Positions 35,862-37,066 of a stretch of DNA of 37,066 nucleotides are shown one piece after another (the first letter of the stretch is position 1; every line of letters begins with the position of its first letter). The stretch comes from an uncultured Dehalococcoidia bacterium (GTDB lineage: Bacteria; Chloroflexota; Dehalococcoidia; Lucifugimonadales; CAZSCD01). Below the pieces are notes generated by a model. That model searched no databases and was not told the DNA's origin. It was given only the letters and a program-made list of their open reading frames with translations. The stretch is taken from contig CAZSCD010000102.1 in NCBI GenBank assembly GCA_964605345.1, positions 1 through 37,066 of the forward strand, written 5' to 3'. Position numbers and translations under genes: made by a program.

Positions 35862-36326
35862 TCATAGCAGAATTAGTGATATACCTAATAGTAACAGTCC
35901 AACTACTAGCAATAGTGCAGACATTTGAAACGCTTTAGTAGCTGCTATTATTGTTGTGCCAAATTCATTTCCGTGTTCTTCGGCCATTTCTATTGCTGAT
36001 ATATCTGAACCTACTAGAATTACCCATACTGGAACACATAATAAAAGGAGCAATCCACCTATTTCAGATAAAGCGTTACTCACGGTATTATCACTTTTCA
36101 ACGTACGAGTTAAGAAGTAAAGTCCAGTGAACATGGACATTACGCCAAATACATTGAGGATTGAAATAGTTTCAACTTTGGTTGATTCTGCTATGAGTGC
36201 GGTCATTTTTGCAGAAGGGTCCATATCCTCTGTATCAATTCCAAGGACCATCCATACTCCCATTGTCAAAATTGGACCGAGAATTAACATAGCTCCAATA
36301 ACTTTAGAATTCACATTGCCCTCCAT
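35862..36326 (-). CDS. Hypothetical polytopic membrane protein (4 TM as annotated; 6 TM if UGA 35862-35864 is read through)
   Basis: 154-aa ORF with four hydrophobic helices and no recognisable family motif. Confidence 0.6.
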   Translation of the reverse strand: MEGNVNSKVIGAMLILGPILTMGVWMVLGIDTEDMDPSAKMTALIAESTKVETISILNVFGVMSMFTGLYFLTRTLKSDNTVSNALSEIGGLLLLLCVPVWVILVGSDISAIEMAEEHGNEFGTTIIAATKAFQMSALLLVVGLLLLGISLILL

Positions 36327-36423
36327 ATCTATTATTGATTAATTGCCTGACAGTATTGCAAAACGATTTAATTATAGCAACTTGAATATTTAAAAAACAT
36401 AGGATTTATATCTAAATGATTGT

Positions 36424-36499
36424 TGGTGGAGCTGACAGGGGTCGAACCTGCGACCTCCTCCGTGCAAGGGAGGCGCTCTCCCAGCTGAGCTACAGCCCC
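36424..36499 (-). tRNA. tRNA-Ala (anticodon UGC), CCA encoded
   Basis: The reverse complement is GGGGCTG-TA-GCTCAGCTGGGAGAGC-G-CCTCC-CTTGCAC-GGAGG-AGGTC-GCAGGTTCGACCCCTGT-CAGCTCC-A-CCA. The G3:U70 identity pair is present. Confidence 0.92.
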
Positions 36500-36606
36500 A
36501 CTGTGTGACTACATAAATGACTGTATTGTGTCATGAAATAGACGATTTTAGACAGATTGCAATTTCATTATTTTAATACATTGTACCCTGAATGTTCTAT
36601 AAAGCC

Positions 36607-36638
36607 AAAGGGCCGATTTTTATAAAAATCGGCCCTTT
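36607..36638. terminator. Perfect 32-nt palindrome (GC-cored hairpin flanked by A/T runs); possible bidirectional intrinsic terminator or rRNA/tRNA processing stem
   Basis: AAAGGGCCGATTTTTATAAAAATCGGCCCTTT is fully self-complementary. A T-run follows on the plus strand (TTTT), and TTTGGCTTT follows on the minus strand. It lies between the 16S 3' end and tRNA-Ala. Confidence 0.4.
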
Positions 36639-36859
36639 TAAAAGCGTTTTAACATCTGAGTAGCAGAAGGAAACAAAGACATAACATTTCGTTGTTTGTG
36701 CATTTGTGTGTAATTGAACGGTGGGAGTTTTGGGATAACCAGTACATTTACAGCGAACTCCCCCCGGCAAGCCGAGGTCATGCTCAAGCTATAAATTCAT
36801 AGTTTCCACCCACCGACCGACCTAGGAATGATTCAATTATCCGAATCAGTCCATCTCCC

Positions 36860-37066
<207 letters not shown>

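Overview
AT-rich bacterial chromosomal window of about 37 kb, densely coding, with no mobile elements or CRISPR arrays detected. I cannot assign phylum from sequence alone. A Cheo-type LexA box, FabL, a HadAB-like dehydratase pair and a 16S gene with no 23S behind it would fit a monoderm or Chloroflexota-like marine lineage, at low confidence.

Gene content, left to right:
- Copper module: cupredoxin lipoprotein, then copA and a YHS protein, with an autoregulated lexA between them.
- tRNA-Leu.
- Block of catabolic and redox enzymes: SMP-30-like, SDR, HD, Ldh_2, NHL propeller, leucine dehydrogenase, class IV aminotransferase and a GH-like propeller.
- tRNA-Pro.
- fabI and a DapA-family lyase.
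- Orphan OppD/OppF-type ATPase pair.
- NMT1-type ABC importer.
- Aldehyde dehydrogenase.
- IscA and YgfZ Fe-S genes.
- Lipid operon: hypothetical gene, HadA-like, HadB-like, plsX, fabG, fabL.
- SelA-like PLP enzyme next to serS.
- Classic rpmH-rnpA-yidD-yidC-jag cluster, with a PQQ-propeller lipoprotein inserted in it.
- Membrane protein, tRNA-Ala and the 3' end of a 16S rRNA.

Most notable observations:
1. An in-frame UGA sits exactly at the first Cys position of the CxxC motif of a membrane-anchored thioredoxin-fold protein. This predicts a selenoprotein with a U-V-A-C site.
2. A second in-frame UGA splits a predicted 6-TM protein.
3. A SelA-family gene lies adjacent to serS.
4. A mycobacterial-type HadAB dehydratase pair is embedded in the plsX-fabG-fabL operon.
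5. yidC and jag overlap out of frame by more than 100 nt.
6. The 16S gene is followed by tRNA-Ala only, with no tRNA-Ile and no 23S.

All calls rest on reading the translated ORFs and the nucleotide sequence by eye. No database searches were run.
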